A stretch of 64,000 nucleotides of DNA from Candidatus Zestomicrobium tamdykulense (lineage in GTDB: Archaea > Thermoproteota > Thermoprotei_A > Sulfolobales > NBVN01): the NCBI GenBank assembly GCA_039889305.1, contig JAVVFV010000001.1, forward strand, positions 55,980 to 119,979, read 5' to 3'. Below are positions 19,190-28,897 of this stretch, in pieces. Each line of letters starts with the position of its first letter. Within the stretch, counting starts at the first letter, position 1. Position numbers and translations under genes: made by a program. The notes below the pieces were generated by a model. That model was not told the origin of the DNA and did no database searches. It worked only from the letters and a program-made list of their open reading frames with translations.

Positions 19190-20616
19190 TTCTGTTTTAC
19201 TTCCTCCTCAACTTCTTTTAGGGAGTCTTCCAGGATGTCTAGTCCTTTATGTAGTAGTTCTTCCTCGATTGTTAGGGGTGGGTGAAGCCTTACTACGTTT
19301 AGGTAGAGGCCTGCACGTAGGAGTAGTAATCCTTTCTCTCTAGCTTTATTAATAATTTTTAAGGCTTCCTCTGTAGCTGGTTCCTTAGTTTTGCGATCCT
19401 TAACTAATTCTATAGCTAGCATTACTCCTAAACCTCTCACATCTCCTATGAGCTCATATTTTTCACGCATTTCTTCAAGTCTTTTTCTCATTACTTGACC
19501 TAACTTCTCGGCTCTCTCAGCTAGCTTATCTCTCTGTATTATTTCTATTACTTTAAGTGCTACAGCGCAGGATACTGGGTTACCGCCGTAAGTACCTCCA
19601 AAACTTCCAGGATATGTTTTCTCCATGATTTCCTTCTTGCCGATGATGGCTGAGAGAGGTAAGCCGTTCGCTATAGCTTTAGCAGTTATCATTATGTCTG
19701 GCTCAATACCGAAGTGTTCTATTGCCCACATCTTCCCTGTTCTTGCCCAACCTGACTGTACTTCATCATCTATTAGTAGTATCCCGTTCTCCTCAAGGAA
19801 TTTCTTGAGTTCTTTTACGTAGTCTGTTGGAGGCACAACGAATCCCCCCTCTCCCTGAATCATCTCCATAATGAATGCTGCTATTCTTTCAGGAGGTATT
19901 CTAGCATGTATGAACCACTTCCTAATATAGTCTAGGCATGCTAGACCGCATTGCGGGTATTCGTGCTTGAATGGGCACCTGTAACAGTAGGGGTAGGGAA
20001 CGAATTCAACTCCCGGCATTATAGGTTCTAACCCAACCTTGTAAGGCTTATATTTACCAGTAGTTGCTAACGCGAACCCGTAAGTACCCCTACCATGGAA
20101 CGAGTTCTCGTAAGAGACTATTACTGCTTTACCAGTTACTTGCCTAGCTATCTTTATAGCGTTCTCAGTAGCTTCAGAACCACTATTCTGTAGTAGTACC
20201 TGCTTCTCAGAATTCCCAGGAGCTATCTTAGCTAGCTTCTCAGCAAGCTCTACGTAGGGCCTATAATTAGCAACCATGAAACAAATATGCCATAATTTTC
20301 TTAACTGCTCCTCAGCAACCTTAATTAATTCTGGATTAGCGTGTCCCAAGGAAGTCACACCTATACCGCAAGTAAAGTCTAAGTAATTCTTACCATTAAC
20401 ATCATATAGTAATGCGTTCTCACCTCTCTCAATAGTTACAGGATGATATATGGTAACACCCCTCATAACGTATTTACTACGTAAGTCTAGGTAAGGATCT
20501 GCTGTCAGGACTACCACCGGAAAAATCAGTTCTTGAACACTAATATTTAAAATCATATGAAAATTAAAACATTCACTAAAAAATACTATGCTTATGTTAG
20601 ATTTAATCCAAAACAC
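19186..20616 (-). CDS. class III PLP aminotransferase (4-aminobutyrate/beta-alanine aminotransferase-like)
   Basis: GabT-like: DFTCGIGVTSLGHANP, NSGSEATE, DEVQSGWARTG, PLP-Lys context ITAKAIANG, and FGGTYGGNP. The first roughly 20 codons of the track ORF look non-native, so the true start is probably the internal Met at 20556 or later. Confidence 0.8.
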   Translation of the reverse strand: MFWIKSNISIVFFSECFNFHMILNISVQELIFPVVVLTADPYLDLRSKYVMRGVTIYHPVTIERGENALLYDVNGKNYLDFTCGIGVTSLGHANPELIKVAEEQLRKLWHICFMVANYRPYVELAEKLAKIAPGNSEKQVLLQNSGSEATENAIKIARQVTGKAVIVSYENSFHGRGTYGFALATTGKYKPYKVGLEPIMPGVEFVPYPYCYRCPFKHEYPQCGLACLDYIRKWFIHARIPPERIAAFIMEMIQGEGGFVVPPTDYVKELKKFLEENGILLIDDEVQSGWARTGKMWAIEHFGIEPDIMITAKAIANGLPLSAIIGKKEIMEKTYPGSFGGTYGGNPVSCAVALKVIEIIQRDKLAERAEKLGQVMRKRLEEMREKYELIGDVRGLGVMLAIELVKDRKTKEPATEEALKIINKAREKGLLLLRAGLYLNVVRLHPPLTIEEELLHKGLDILEDSLKEVEEEVKQK

Positions 20617-20949
20617 GTTATTTCGATGTTTTAGATAGATGAGGACTCAGTTCAATGGTACTCACTTATAGAATTATGTAAACAGAAGGTGCGTAATTCC
20701 TATAGCTATTTCTTTGTTGTTTTGGATTTGCTCTTGTTTTAATGTCTTATGTTTTTTCGTTGAGATATTTCTGGAGTCGTGAGTTGTGCTGATACAGTGT
20801 GTTTCGTAAAGATACGCACATGGTTTTATGGCATGAATATTTTTAGTGTTACGAGTAGTTAACGCTATTTCTTGAGTTTTCAGGATAACTAATAGAGATA
20901 CTGGACATTTTTTAATTTGTAAGATAAATTATTAGTATGGGATCAATAC

Positions 20950-21423
20950 ATGAGTTATCAAAGCAAGAATATGAAGTTAGATGAGGTTGATTTAAGTATA
21001 TTACGCTATATTCAGGGGTCTCCGAAAACACGTATTAGAGAGATCGCTAGTAAGTTAGGTCTTCCTAAGTCAACAGTCTACTATAGGATAAGGAAGTTAG
21101 AGGAACTTAACGTGATTAAAGGATACAACGCTATTTTAGACAGCGAGAAGTTAGGTTTTGAGTACTTAGTAGTTGTATTGATTAGAGGTAAGTATGGACC
21201 TAAATACCATGATGAGATAGGGAAATTCCTCAGTAGGAACCCCTACATCCAGGCTGTCTACTACGTACTAGGAGAGACTGATTTCGTAGTTATAGGTAAG
21301 TTTCCATGCAAAGAAAAATACATGGAGTTTCTTGAGTCCTTAATCAACTCTCAATTTATTGAAAGATCTAATACTATGGTTATAGCTAAAGTAGTCAAAG
21401 AAGATTTTAAACTAAACATATAG
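20950..21423 (+). CDS. Lrp/AsnC-family transcriptional regulator
   Basis: N-terminal wHTH (LDEVDLSILRYIQGSPKTRIREIASKLGLPKSTVYYRIRKLEE) plus a C-terminal RAM/ACT-like domain. 157 aa. Confidence 0.85.
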   Translation: MSYQSKNMKLDEVDLSILRYIQGSPKTRIREIASKLGLPKSTVYYRIRKLEELNVIKGYNAILDSEKLGFEYLVVVLIRGKYGPKYHDEIGKFLSRNPYIQAVYYVLGETDFVVIGKFPCKEKYMEFLESLINSQFIERSNTMVIAKVVKEDFKLNI

Positions 21424-21501
21424 TCCAAATAATGGACAAGAAACTAAGTACTTCATAAGAATGCTTTAATAGTTTTAAATTAAACATCCTAGAGGGAAAT
21501 T

Positions 21502-21798
21502 ATGAGTCACGAATGTATTCAGGTTTTGAGAGGGACTCCATGGCTTGATACGGTGGACCAAGAACACATACCACTAGAAATCATTAATTCATGTAAAGAA
21601 GATATCATTATTGACTTTAAGGTGTTAGGACTTCCTGATAAGGAAATCGTCTATAGGTCTAGCAACGTGAAAGTACTGGGTTTAGGTAAGTATCCTGTGG
21701 AAGTAATAACAGATAAGTATTACGATATCCTTGAAGTCTATATTGTGGTGAAGAATAAAGAACATCACACTATGTCTGTAGAAGTTCGTCTCAAATAG
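21502..21798 (+). CDS. hypothetical protein
   Basis: 98-aa ORF downstream of lrp on the same strand. No motif recognised. Confidence 0.3.
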   Translation: MSHECIQVLRGTPWLDTVDQEHIPLEIINSCKEDIIIDFKVLGLPDKEIVYRSSNVKVLGLGKYPVEVITDKYYDILEVYIVVKNKEHHTMSVEVRLK

Positions 21799-21845
21799 AA
21801 ATTATGAGTTTTTGGTTTAGTAAGAAAATGAGAAGACCTAGAGTG

Positions 21846-23261
21846 TTAGATTGCTTCCTCTATGATCATCGATTCTACTAGCTTGCCTTTAATCTCGCTT
21901 AATATCTTATTAGCTGTTTCTAAGGTTTTTTGTAGATCCTCCTTCGTATGCATTATTGATATGGTCCATTGCTCATCTACAGCCATTGGTTGAGGTATTA
22001 TGCCGTTCATTACCATACCTAAAGTCCACACGTACCAAAGACCCCAGTTAACCTTAGTTACGAAGTCTCTCCAAGTATTTATTTCTTCTTTAGCAAAGTA
22101 TATTGTGCCTTTATTAGCTATTTGAACTACGTGTGCGTCTAATCCCTTATCTTGTATGAGGTCTCTATAGCCTTTAGCTAACTCCTCACTCAACTTGTGT
22201 GTATAGGTTAAGTTAGATTCTGTCAGGAGCTCAGTTAGTGTTACGTAGGACGCATAAACAGATAATGGGTTAGCGTTGAAAGTCCCACCATGAGGTACTT
22301 TACGCGGTCCCACCAACTCCAATATATCTCTCCTAGTTAATACTGCGGAGAACGGGAACCCTCCACCAATAGCTTTAGCCACAGTGATTATATCTGCTTT
22401 AACACCGAAGTAGTCCTTAGCTCCTCTATACCACATACCTGAGGTCTTAACTTCGTCGAATATTAACAAGGAATTATATTCATCTGCTAACTTCCTTAAG
22501 AAAGCTACGAAATCTTTCTTTCCTGGAACAACACCCATATTCATAGCTACAGGTTCTAAAATTATGGCTGCTATCTCGTTTCCATGAATCCTCATTATAT
22601 TTTCTGTTGCTTCAGTGTCGTTCCATGGAGCAACAATAACGTTCTCTGCTAACTCTCTAGGAACGACGTTGTATGGGTATCCTGTTGGTACGGATCTTGG
22701 TTTCTTAGGGTGTCCTGCATGTCTTAAGTCTGGCTTGACTCCAACCATCAGGAGTTCGTGGGAGCCGTGATAATGACCTTCAAACTTTAATAGTTTTGAT
22801 CTACCAGTAACTGCTCTGGCAAGCCTTATAGCTAATAGTGTTGCTTCAGCACCCGTGTTTGAGAACCTGACCATATCATAGCCGTACCTACGTGTCAAGA
22901 CTTCACTCAATTTATAGCTGAGTTCTGTTTCGTGACCATATACAGTGCCGTCATCAAGCTTCTGTTTTACTTTCTCAATTAAAACAGGGTTAGCATGACC
23001 AACCACCAGAGCACCGAAACCCATGTTGAAATCTATATACTCGTTACCGTCAACATCCCAAATCCTGGAGCCACGTGCTTTAGAAACTATTATAGGGTGG
23101 GGGTCGAAAATCCTCCAATTACTGTGAACACCGTAAGGCGTAAGGCTTGCTAATTTAAGCCATAACTCTCTAGACTTGGTTGTTTTCCTGGAATACAATT
23201 CTCTGTAAGTTTCTGTCAAAGTTCTTAACCCGGACAATAGATTAACACCAATAGAATTCAC
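21846..23261 (-). CDS. class III PLP aminotransferase (glutamate-1-semialdehyde aminomutase-like / omega- or beta-amino acid transaminase subgroup)
   Basis: FNMGFGALVVGHANP, SNTGAEAT, FDEVKTS, and PLP-Lys context ITVAKAIGGGFP (HemL-like). At 471 aa it is longer than canonical HemL. Confidence 0.7.
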   Translation of the reverse strand: MNSIGVNLLSGLRTLTETYRELYSRKTTKSRELWLKLASLTPYGVHSNWRIFDPHPIIVSKARGSRIWDVDGNEYIDFNMGFGALVVGHANPVLIEKVKQKLDDGTVYGHETELSYKLSEVLTRRYGYDMVRFSNTGAEATLLAIRLARAVTGRSKLLKFEGHYHGSHELLMVGVKPDLRHAGHPKKPRSVPTGYPYNVVPRELAENVIVAPWNDTEATENIMRIHGNEIAAIILEPVAMNMGVVPGKKDFVAFLRKLADEYNSLLIFDEVKTSGMWYRGAKDYFGVKADIITVAKAIGGGFPFSAVLTRRDILELVGPRKVPHGGTFNANPLSVYASYVTLTELLTESNLTYTHKLSEELAKGYRDLIQDKGLDAHVVQIANKGTIYFAKEEINTWRDFVTKVNWGLWYVWTLGMVMNGIIPQPMAVDEQWTISIMHTKEDLQKTLETANKILSEIKGKLVESMIIEEAI

Positions 23262-23339
23262 GTATGATCAGGAAATAAATTTGAGTTTCATTTAAATTGG
23301 ACATATTGTAGTTTAGACTTAATTTATTTTAGATAAAAA

Positions 23340-24845
23340 CTATTTCTTTAAGCCATAATATTCTTCTACGAATTCTTTAGGGGGTGGTGGTGTTATTAAT
23401 GATACTATGATTAACGTTGCTAAAGCTATTATGGTGGGTAGTGTTCCTTCCCATAAACCGAATGGGTTATGTGGGGCTTCAGGCCATATAACGTAGGTGA
23501 ATAGTAAGAGTGATACGAATCCTGTTAAGTAGCTCGCTAATCCCCCGTACTTATTAGCTCTACGCCAGAATAGCATTAATATTGTTGGCCAAGCAATTAC
23601 TGAGTAAGCAGGCCAGCATAACTCAAAACCTATTATGACCATCGGTGCTTCAGGAGCTAAAGCTACTAAGACACTAAGTAGTGCAACACTTATTATAATT
23701 AAAATAGTTACTAGTCTTCTAGTACGTTCAGGCACCTTAATGCCTAACCCTTTCTCTATCAGGTCTACATCAACTATTGATGATACTAGGAGTAGCATAG
23801 AATCAATAGTAGATCTAGTTATAGCTATGAGTCCTAAAAGAAGTAGTACTAATAAAGGTCCTTTACCAAAGAGCTCCATAAACAACATAGGAACATATCC
23901 TTCTACAACCTCTACTTCAGGCAGATTAGCACCGTAGTAAGCAGCTAAGCTAAGCCCTAATAATAGGGGAGACACGAAAGCACCTAAGAAGAATCCTGCG
24001 TTAGAACCTACACCACCAACTATAACGCCTTTGTAGTCTTTCGCTGCAAAGAACCTAACCACCAAGTGTGGTATGAAGAGCTATGAAATCCCGTAGAATA
24101 TAAGCATAGTCCAGAAATATTGGAAAGGTTGAGTCTTCTGAAATATGTCTTGAGCTATGTCTGAAGTATATGCAGCCCAAGCTAACTTATCAAAACCTCC
24201 CCAGAAAACAAACGCTGCATAAACCATAGCTAAGAAAGCAACTATGAATGTTACCCCAGCTATAACATCCGCGTAAGCTACAGCTCTCATACCACCAGCA
24301 CTTATGTAGATAATTATGAAAATAATGTAGAGAGCTAGAAACGTATGGTAAGATATCTCACCTCCTGTTGCGGCGGCTAGTACTCCTGCTGCCGGTATGT
24401 ATATCATGCCTATATAGATTATTGTTGCATAAAGTATCATTAAAGCTATGAGTATCCTTAGTAATCTTTCAAAACCCCCAACTCTATGAACTATCAAGTC
24501 TGTTGGTGTTACATACTTGTGTAACTTACCTACCCTATAGATTCTTAAACTGACCATGTAGAAGAGACCAACGAAACTTAAGTAAAATATCATCTCGATA
24601 ACCCACCACTCAAATCCCTCACTAATTATGACTGTAGGCATCCCTACAAACTCCCACGCCTCCATGTATGTAGCCATGTAAGTGAACATCACCGTTATGG
24701 CTGATAACGTTCCTCCTGCTACGTAGAATTCGTGAAGACCTTTCTTGGTTCTCTTAGCTCCTACGTAGCCTGCTATTAGTGTGAAGCCAAAGAATACTAC
24801 GAGGATTAATAACACAACTAATGACCAAAGAGATATATTTATCAT
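23340..24845 (-). pseudogene. sodium:solute symporter (SSF) family transporter interrupted by a single in-frame TAG
   Basis: Track ORFs 24081..24845 and 23340..24065 are in the same frame. Own read across the junction: ...WTMLIFYGIS-TAG(24081-24083)-LFIPHLVVRFFAAKDYKG. The second part carries the SSF R-F-x-AAK motif. Confidence 0.7.
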
Positions 24846-25162
24846 ACTCTCGTCATCACCTCCCCGGAACCTATGCTCTTAACTCTCTTGGTAATTACTA
24901 CATAATACGTAACGAAGAGTACGATGTTTAGAACGATCCAGGTTATGGATATCATTAAAGCACCAGCGATAGGTTTCGGTAAACCCCACATACTTTCTTC
25001 AGGTTTCCAAACAAGTAGATTCTCGCTCACGTACCAAACCAAGAAACTAGCAAATACTAGATAAACGATGAGTAAGTATTCCCAACGCATTAAACCAGCT
25101 GGTATAGCATTCACATCAGATTGGGTGCTTGACTCGCTATAATGAGTCATAGTAGTGAACAC
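24842..25162 (-). CDS. small two-TM membrane protein, putative accessory subunit of the SSF symporter
   Basis: 106 aa with two hydrophobic helices. Its stop overlaps the SSF start by 4 nt (ATGA), implying co-translation. Confidence 0.4.
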   Translation of the reverse strand: MFTTMTHYSESSTQSDVNAIPAGLMRWEYLLIVYLVFASFLVWYVSENLLVWKPEESMWGLPKPIAGALMISITWIVLNIVLFVTYYVVITKRVKSIGSGEVMTRV

Positions 25163-25395
25163 CCTTGTATAAAGTTAAATTGAAACATTATTTAACTTTA
25201 CTCATAATTTCCTTAGAACAATGACCAAAACAATTAAATCAGTAACTTCACATGAAAGTATAGCATCACAATAAAAAGAACGCGTTAGTAATTTATAAAA
25301 TGTTTTTATTTATTCATGTGTTACTGACAATAATTTTTGAACATTGTTTTCTGTAAATTATTGGTTGTATTAAAATACTTTTCAATCGTAGAACT

Positions 25396-27201
25396 ATGTG
25401 GTGTGTAACTCCTATGATTTACCTAGGACAAACTATATTGCGTGTTGACTTATCTAATGATAAGATCGAGGAAGAAGAACTACCTGATTCTATTGTTGAG
25501 AAGTTTGTTGGTGGTAAGGGCTTAGCTACATACTTAATGTATAGGGAGATTAAGCCAGGTATTGATCCTTTCTCACCCGAGAACAAGCTTTATGTATTCG
25601 GAGGTCCTTTAGCGTTCATTTACCCTACATTTACTAGAACTATCGTAGTTTCTAAATCCCCATTAACAGGTTTATATTGTGATAGCAATGCTGGCGGTTC
25701 TTTCTCTATCGAGTTGAGGAGAGCTGGTTACGTAGGGATTGTCATTGAAGGTAAGAGTGATAAGATGAAGTGTTTGAAGATAACTAAGGAGGAGAGAAAA
25801 CTTATTGAATGTGAATCTCTTAGAGGTAAGACTACCTATGAGGTTGGTGAAATCTTCAGGGAATATTCAGTACTTACGATAGGTCCAGCTGGAGAAAACT
25901 TGGTAAGGTTTGCTAATATCTTAATAGATATGAAGAAGAATCCTGCTACTAGACCTGGAGTGGCCGGGCGCGGAGGACTCGGTGCTGTTATGGGTTCTAA
26001 AAACTTGAAAGCTATAGTGCTGAAGGGTTGGTTAAAACCTGATGAGTTAGCTAAGGGCGTAGATAAGAATTTACAGAAAGACTTGATTAACAGATACTTA
26101 AAGATACTGCAGGAGGACGTGGTTCCAGGAATAGGTGTTGGAGGTAACTTACCGGTATTCAGGGTCTCTGCTGAGGCGAGGATACTTCCTGTTAAGAACT
26201 TCCAGGCAGGATCGCATGAGAAGTGGGAAGAGTTGGCTGATGATGCGTGGGGCAGAATAACGGTCAACAGGATAACATGTCCTACATGCCCTCTCAGGTG
26301 TGGAACTACCGTAGTAGAGAATGGATCTTTAACTGAGAGGATAGAGTACGAGACAGTAGCTATGAATGGTTCTAACTTAATGATAGTTAGCCGTAAGGCA
26401 TTAGCGCAAATAAACACCACATTGAATGCTTTAGGGATGGACACGATAACTACCGGCAATATAGCTGCTTTCCTTATGGAGTTAACTGAGCGGGGACTCT
26501 TAAAAGACTACAAGATTTCTTGGGGTGATTTAGAAGGCTACTTGAAGCTAATACATGACATAGCGTACAGGAAAGACCTAGGAAACATACTTGCTGAAGG
26601 CTTGGCTAGAGCATCTAAGATGCTTAACGCCGAAGAATACGCTATACATATTAAGAAGTTAGAGATACCTGCGTACGATCCAAGAGGAGTTGTGGGTATG
26701 GCGCTTGCTTACGCGACAGCTGATAGAGGTGGGGATCACCTGAGAGCGTGGACTGTTGCTGCAGAGTTAACATCTAAGCTAACTCTAGAAGACCTCGTTA
26801 ACTTAACTAAGTACCTTCAAGACAGGAACGCAGCTTTATGGTCTTTAATTGCGTGCGATAATATACCAGGGAATTCTGTGAAGCCACCGGATGAGATGAT
26901 CAGGATCTACATAAAGATGCTCAACACTCTTGGATTCAGCTATGATGAAGAAAGCTTCCTCAGGTTAGGTGAGAGGATCTACAACTTATCAAGACTATTC
27001 AATGTTAGAGAAGGAGTCAGGAGGAAAGATGATTCATTACCGCCAAGATTCCATAATCCCAGGGAAGATACTGGATGGGTAATAACTAAAGAAGACTTCG
27101 AGAAAATGCTTGATACTTACTACAGTAGGAGAGGATGGGACTCTAACGGGGTTCCACTCAAAGAAACTCTAGATAGATTAGGATTGCTTGATATTATTTA
27201 A
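25396..27201 (+). CDS. aor: aldehyde:ferredoxin oxidoreductase family tungstoenzyme (AOR paralog 1)
   Basis: Colinear with P. furiosus AOR as remembered: ILRVDLS, GPAGENLVRFA, AGRGGLGAVMGSKNLKAIV, Fe-S motif CPTCPLRC (C-x2-C-x3-C), ELPAYDPRG, ATADRGGDH, LPPRF. The true start is probably Met at 25414. Confidence 0.9.
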   Translation: MWCVTPMIYLGQTILRVDLSNDKIEEEELPDSIVEKFVGGKGLATYLMYREIKPGIDPFSPENKLYVFGGPLAFIYPTFTRTIVVSKSPLTGLYCDSNAGGSFSIELRRAGYVGIVIEGKSDKMKCLKITKEERKLIECESLRGKTTYEVGEIFREYSVLTIGPAGENLVRFANILIDMKKNPATRPGVAGRGGLGAVMGSKNLKAIVLKGWLKPDELAKGVDKNLQKDLINRYLKILQEDVVPGIGVGGNLPVFRVSAEARILPVKNFQAGSHEKWEELADDAWGRITVNRITCPTCPLRCGTTVVENGSLTERIEYETVAMNGSNLMIVSRKALAQINTTLNALGMDTITTGNIAAFLMELTERGLLKDYKISWGDLEGYLKLIHDIAYRKDLGNILAEGLARASKMLNAEEYAIHIKKLEIPAYDPRGVVGMALAYATADRGGDHLRAWTVAAELTSKLTLEDLVNLTKYLQDRNAALWSLIACDNIPGNSVKPPDEMIRIYIKMLNTLGFSYDEESFLRLGERIYNLSRLFNVREGVRRKDDSLPPRFHNPREDTGWVITKEDFEKMLDTYYSRRGWDSNGVPLKETLDRLGLLDII

Positions 27202-27257
27202 GGAAAATACTTTAAATTCGTTTTAATATAACTCAAAAATTAAGTTTGGGAGATTTC

Positions 27258-27542
27258 ATGGTTGTAGTAGTGCGTTTTTATGGGGTGCTTAGAGAACTTG
27301 TTAAGGAGAGGTTAGAGCTTAGTATGAGGTCTAGTGAAGTCTTATTCCTTGACTTAATTAAAGAGATCCTAAAAGAGTACCCAGCTTTAGAGGACTTCGT
27401 TAAGGTTAGTGAGGAGAGGGTTGAGGTGAGAGGAATTAATATGTTAGTTAACGGAAGACACATTATGTTTTTAGGTGGTGATAAGGCCTTAATAAGAGAT
27501 GGAGACGTAATAGACGTGTTACCGCCTCTCCACGGTGGTTAG
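27258..27542 (+). CDS. MoaD/ThiS-family ubiquitin-like sulfur-carrier protein (C-terminal GG)
   Basis: MVVVVRFYGVLRELV...VNGRHI...DGDVIDVLPPLHGG is a canonical MoaD beta-grasp pattern ending in Gly-Gly. I prefer ATG 27258 over the TTG at 27246 used in the track. Confidence 0.8.
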   Translation: MVVVVRFYGVLRELVKERLELSMRSSEVLFLDLIKEILKEYPALEDFVKVSEERVEVRGINMLVNGRHIMFLGGDKALIRDGDVIDVLPPLHGG

Positions 27543-27572
27543 TTATAAAGTCTCTTAGTGTTTTCAAGTTTT

Positions 27573-28031
27573 TTACGTGTCTGCTTCTCTGATGTAGTTA
27601 GTTAAGGTTTTCATGAGTCCTAGGTCTGCTAGCACGCCACCGATCCCTGGTGCTTTCTCTATGTCTTCTTTACTTACCTTATATGTTTTGCTTTCCTTAA
27701 TTCCTTCTTTCGTGACTTTAATGAATTTCCATTCTTTGTGTGGTATCTTAATTGCTATGTAGGGTATCCCGCCAGCTCTCTCAGCAAAGTCTATTAGTTT
27801 CTTAATTTGTTCTGACTCTATATAAAGTCCTGACGGTCTAGCTCTAGACTTAACCTCGAAGACCGCGATTCTACCTTTCATTATAGCTACTACGTCAGGA
27901 TACTCTGCTTTCTTTATTCTAGCACCGCTAGCAGGGGCTCGCATTACCGCGAATCCTAACCTCCATAAAGTGTGAACTAACTCTCTCTCGGCTCTATAAC
28001 CTCTAGACTTGCTCTTAACTACTCCAACCAC
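27573..28031 (-). CDS. hjc: Holliday junction resolvase Hjc
   Basis: SRGYRAERELVHTLWRLGFAVMRAPASGA...YPDVVAI...FEVKS matches the archaeal Hjc nuclease core (E...PD...E-x-K). Confidence 0.9.
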   Translation of the reverse strand: MVGVVKSKSRGYRAERELVHTLWRLGFAVMRAPASGARIKKAEYPDVVAIMKGRIAVFEVKSRARPSGLYIESEQIKKLIDFAERAGGIPYIAIKIPHKEWKFIKVTKEGIKESKTYKVSKEDIEKAPGIGGVLADLGLMKTLTNYIREADT

Positions 28032-28056
28032 CTTAATTTAAATCCATAAATACTAA

Positions 28057-28066
28057 CTTAAATACT
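28057..28066 (-). promoter_or_regulatory. BRE/TATA-like promoter element (AGTATTTAAG on the minus strand) upstream of hjc
   Basis: The plus strand reads CTTAAATACT, 26 nt upstream of the hjc start codon. Same 10-mer as at 12443, 30578, 31345 and 34981. Confidence 0.45.
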
Positions 28067-28100
28067 TCATAACGAATTAAGTAATTGAGGTGTAGAGTTA

Positions 28101-28889
28101 ATGCCTATAAGTTTAACTGAGATTGTGTTAATACTTGTAGTTTTAATAATAGTTATACCTCTGCTGAACGCTAGCATAAAAATTATTAGAGAGTACGAGA
28201 GAGCAGTACTCTTCAGGTTAGGGAGACTTGTAGGAGCTAAGGGTCCTGGACTCATACTAATCGTACCTTTCGTGGATAACTTAACGAAGGTCGACTTGAG
28301 AGTAGTGACTGTTGACGTCCCTAAGCAAGAGATAATAACTAGAGACAACGTAAGTGTTAAGGTTGACGCAGTAATATACTACAGAGCAATTGATCCGATA
28401 GCTGCGATAACTAAAGTCAGTAACTACCACTACTCAATAATGATGTTGGGTCAGACAGTTTTGAGGGACGTGATAGGTCAGGTAGACCTAGATGACCTCT
28501 TACAGAAGAGAGATGAACTAAATAAGAAGATACAAGAAATAATAGATGAGACAGCCATGTCTTGGGGTATTAAAGTAACAGCAGTAACACTTAAGTCTGT
28601 AGAATTGCCTGAAGAACTCATGAGAGCTATGGCAAAACAAGCTGAAGCCGAAAGATGGAGAAGAGCCAGAATAATAGAAGCAGAAGGTGAGAGGCAAGCT
28701 TCCGCAATACTTATTGAGGCTGCTTCCATGTACGAGAAACACCCTACGGCACTCCGCTTAAGAGAATTCCAAACCATGATAGAGATAGCTAGAGAGAAAG
28801 CATTAGTAGTAGTTACAGAGACTGGAGCTTCGGATATTGGAAAGACTATAGCGATGTATAAAGCACTTAAAGAAAGAGAAGAACGGTGA
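28101..28889 (+). CDS. SPFH/band-7 stomatin-like protein
   Basis: N-terminal TM, then IREYERAVLFRLGR...DLRV..VDVPKQEIITRDNV, and a C-terminal coiled region AEAERWRRARIIEAEGERQAS. Confidence 0.85.
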   Translation: MPISLTEIVLILVVLIIVIPLLNASIKIIREYERAVLFRLGRLVGAKGPGLILIVPFVDNLTKVDLRVVTVDVPKQEIITRDNVSVKVDAVIYYRAIDPIAAITKVSNYHYSIMMLGQTVLRDVIGQVDLDDLLQKRDELNKKIQEIIDETAMSWGIKVTAVTLKSVELPEELMRAMAKQAEAERWRRARIIEAEGERQASAILIEAASMYEKHPTALRLREFQTMIEIAREKALVVVTETGASDIGKTIAMYKALKEREER

Positions 28890-28897
28890 ATTAAGAG

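Noticed and set aside
1173-24083. Three in-frame TAG codons inside otherwise recognisable transporter genes (PiT 1173-1175, LivH 11453-11455, SSF 24081-24083) could hint at amber reassignment or pyrrolysine-type decoding.
   Set aside because: TAG also terminates an apparently normal gene at the expected protein end (ZIP transporter, 7312-7314). Two of the three affected genes additionally carry frameshifts, TAA stops or truncations. No pyl genes or suppressor-like tRNA are visible. Ordinary pseudogenisation or base-call error explains the pattern better.
25836-26459. Long antisense ORFs in the track, including the 207-aa ORF opposite AOR1. Others are 13502..13894, 16478..16828, 44699..45076, 47169..47534, 51057..51419 and 53133..53474.
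   Set aside because: Each lies entirely within a gene that has strong family motifs on the other strand. Their translations are Ser/Leu/Thr/Pro-rich and low in complexity, as expected for the reverse frame of purine-rich coding sequence. They lack start contexts and recognisable motifs.
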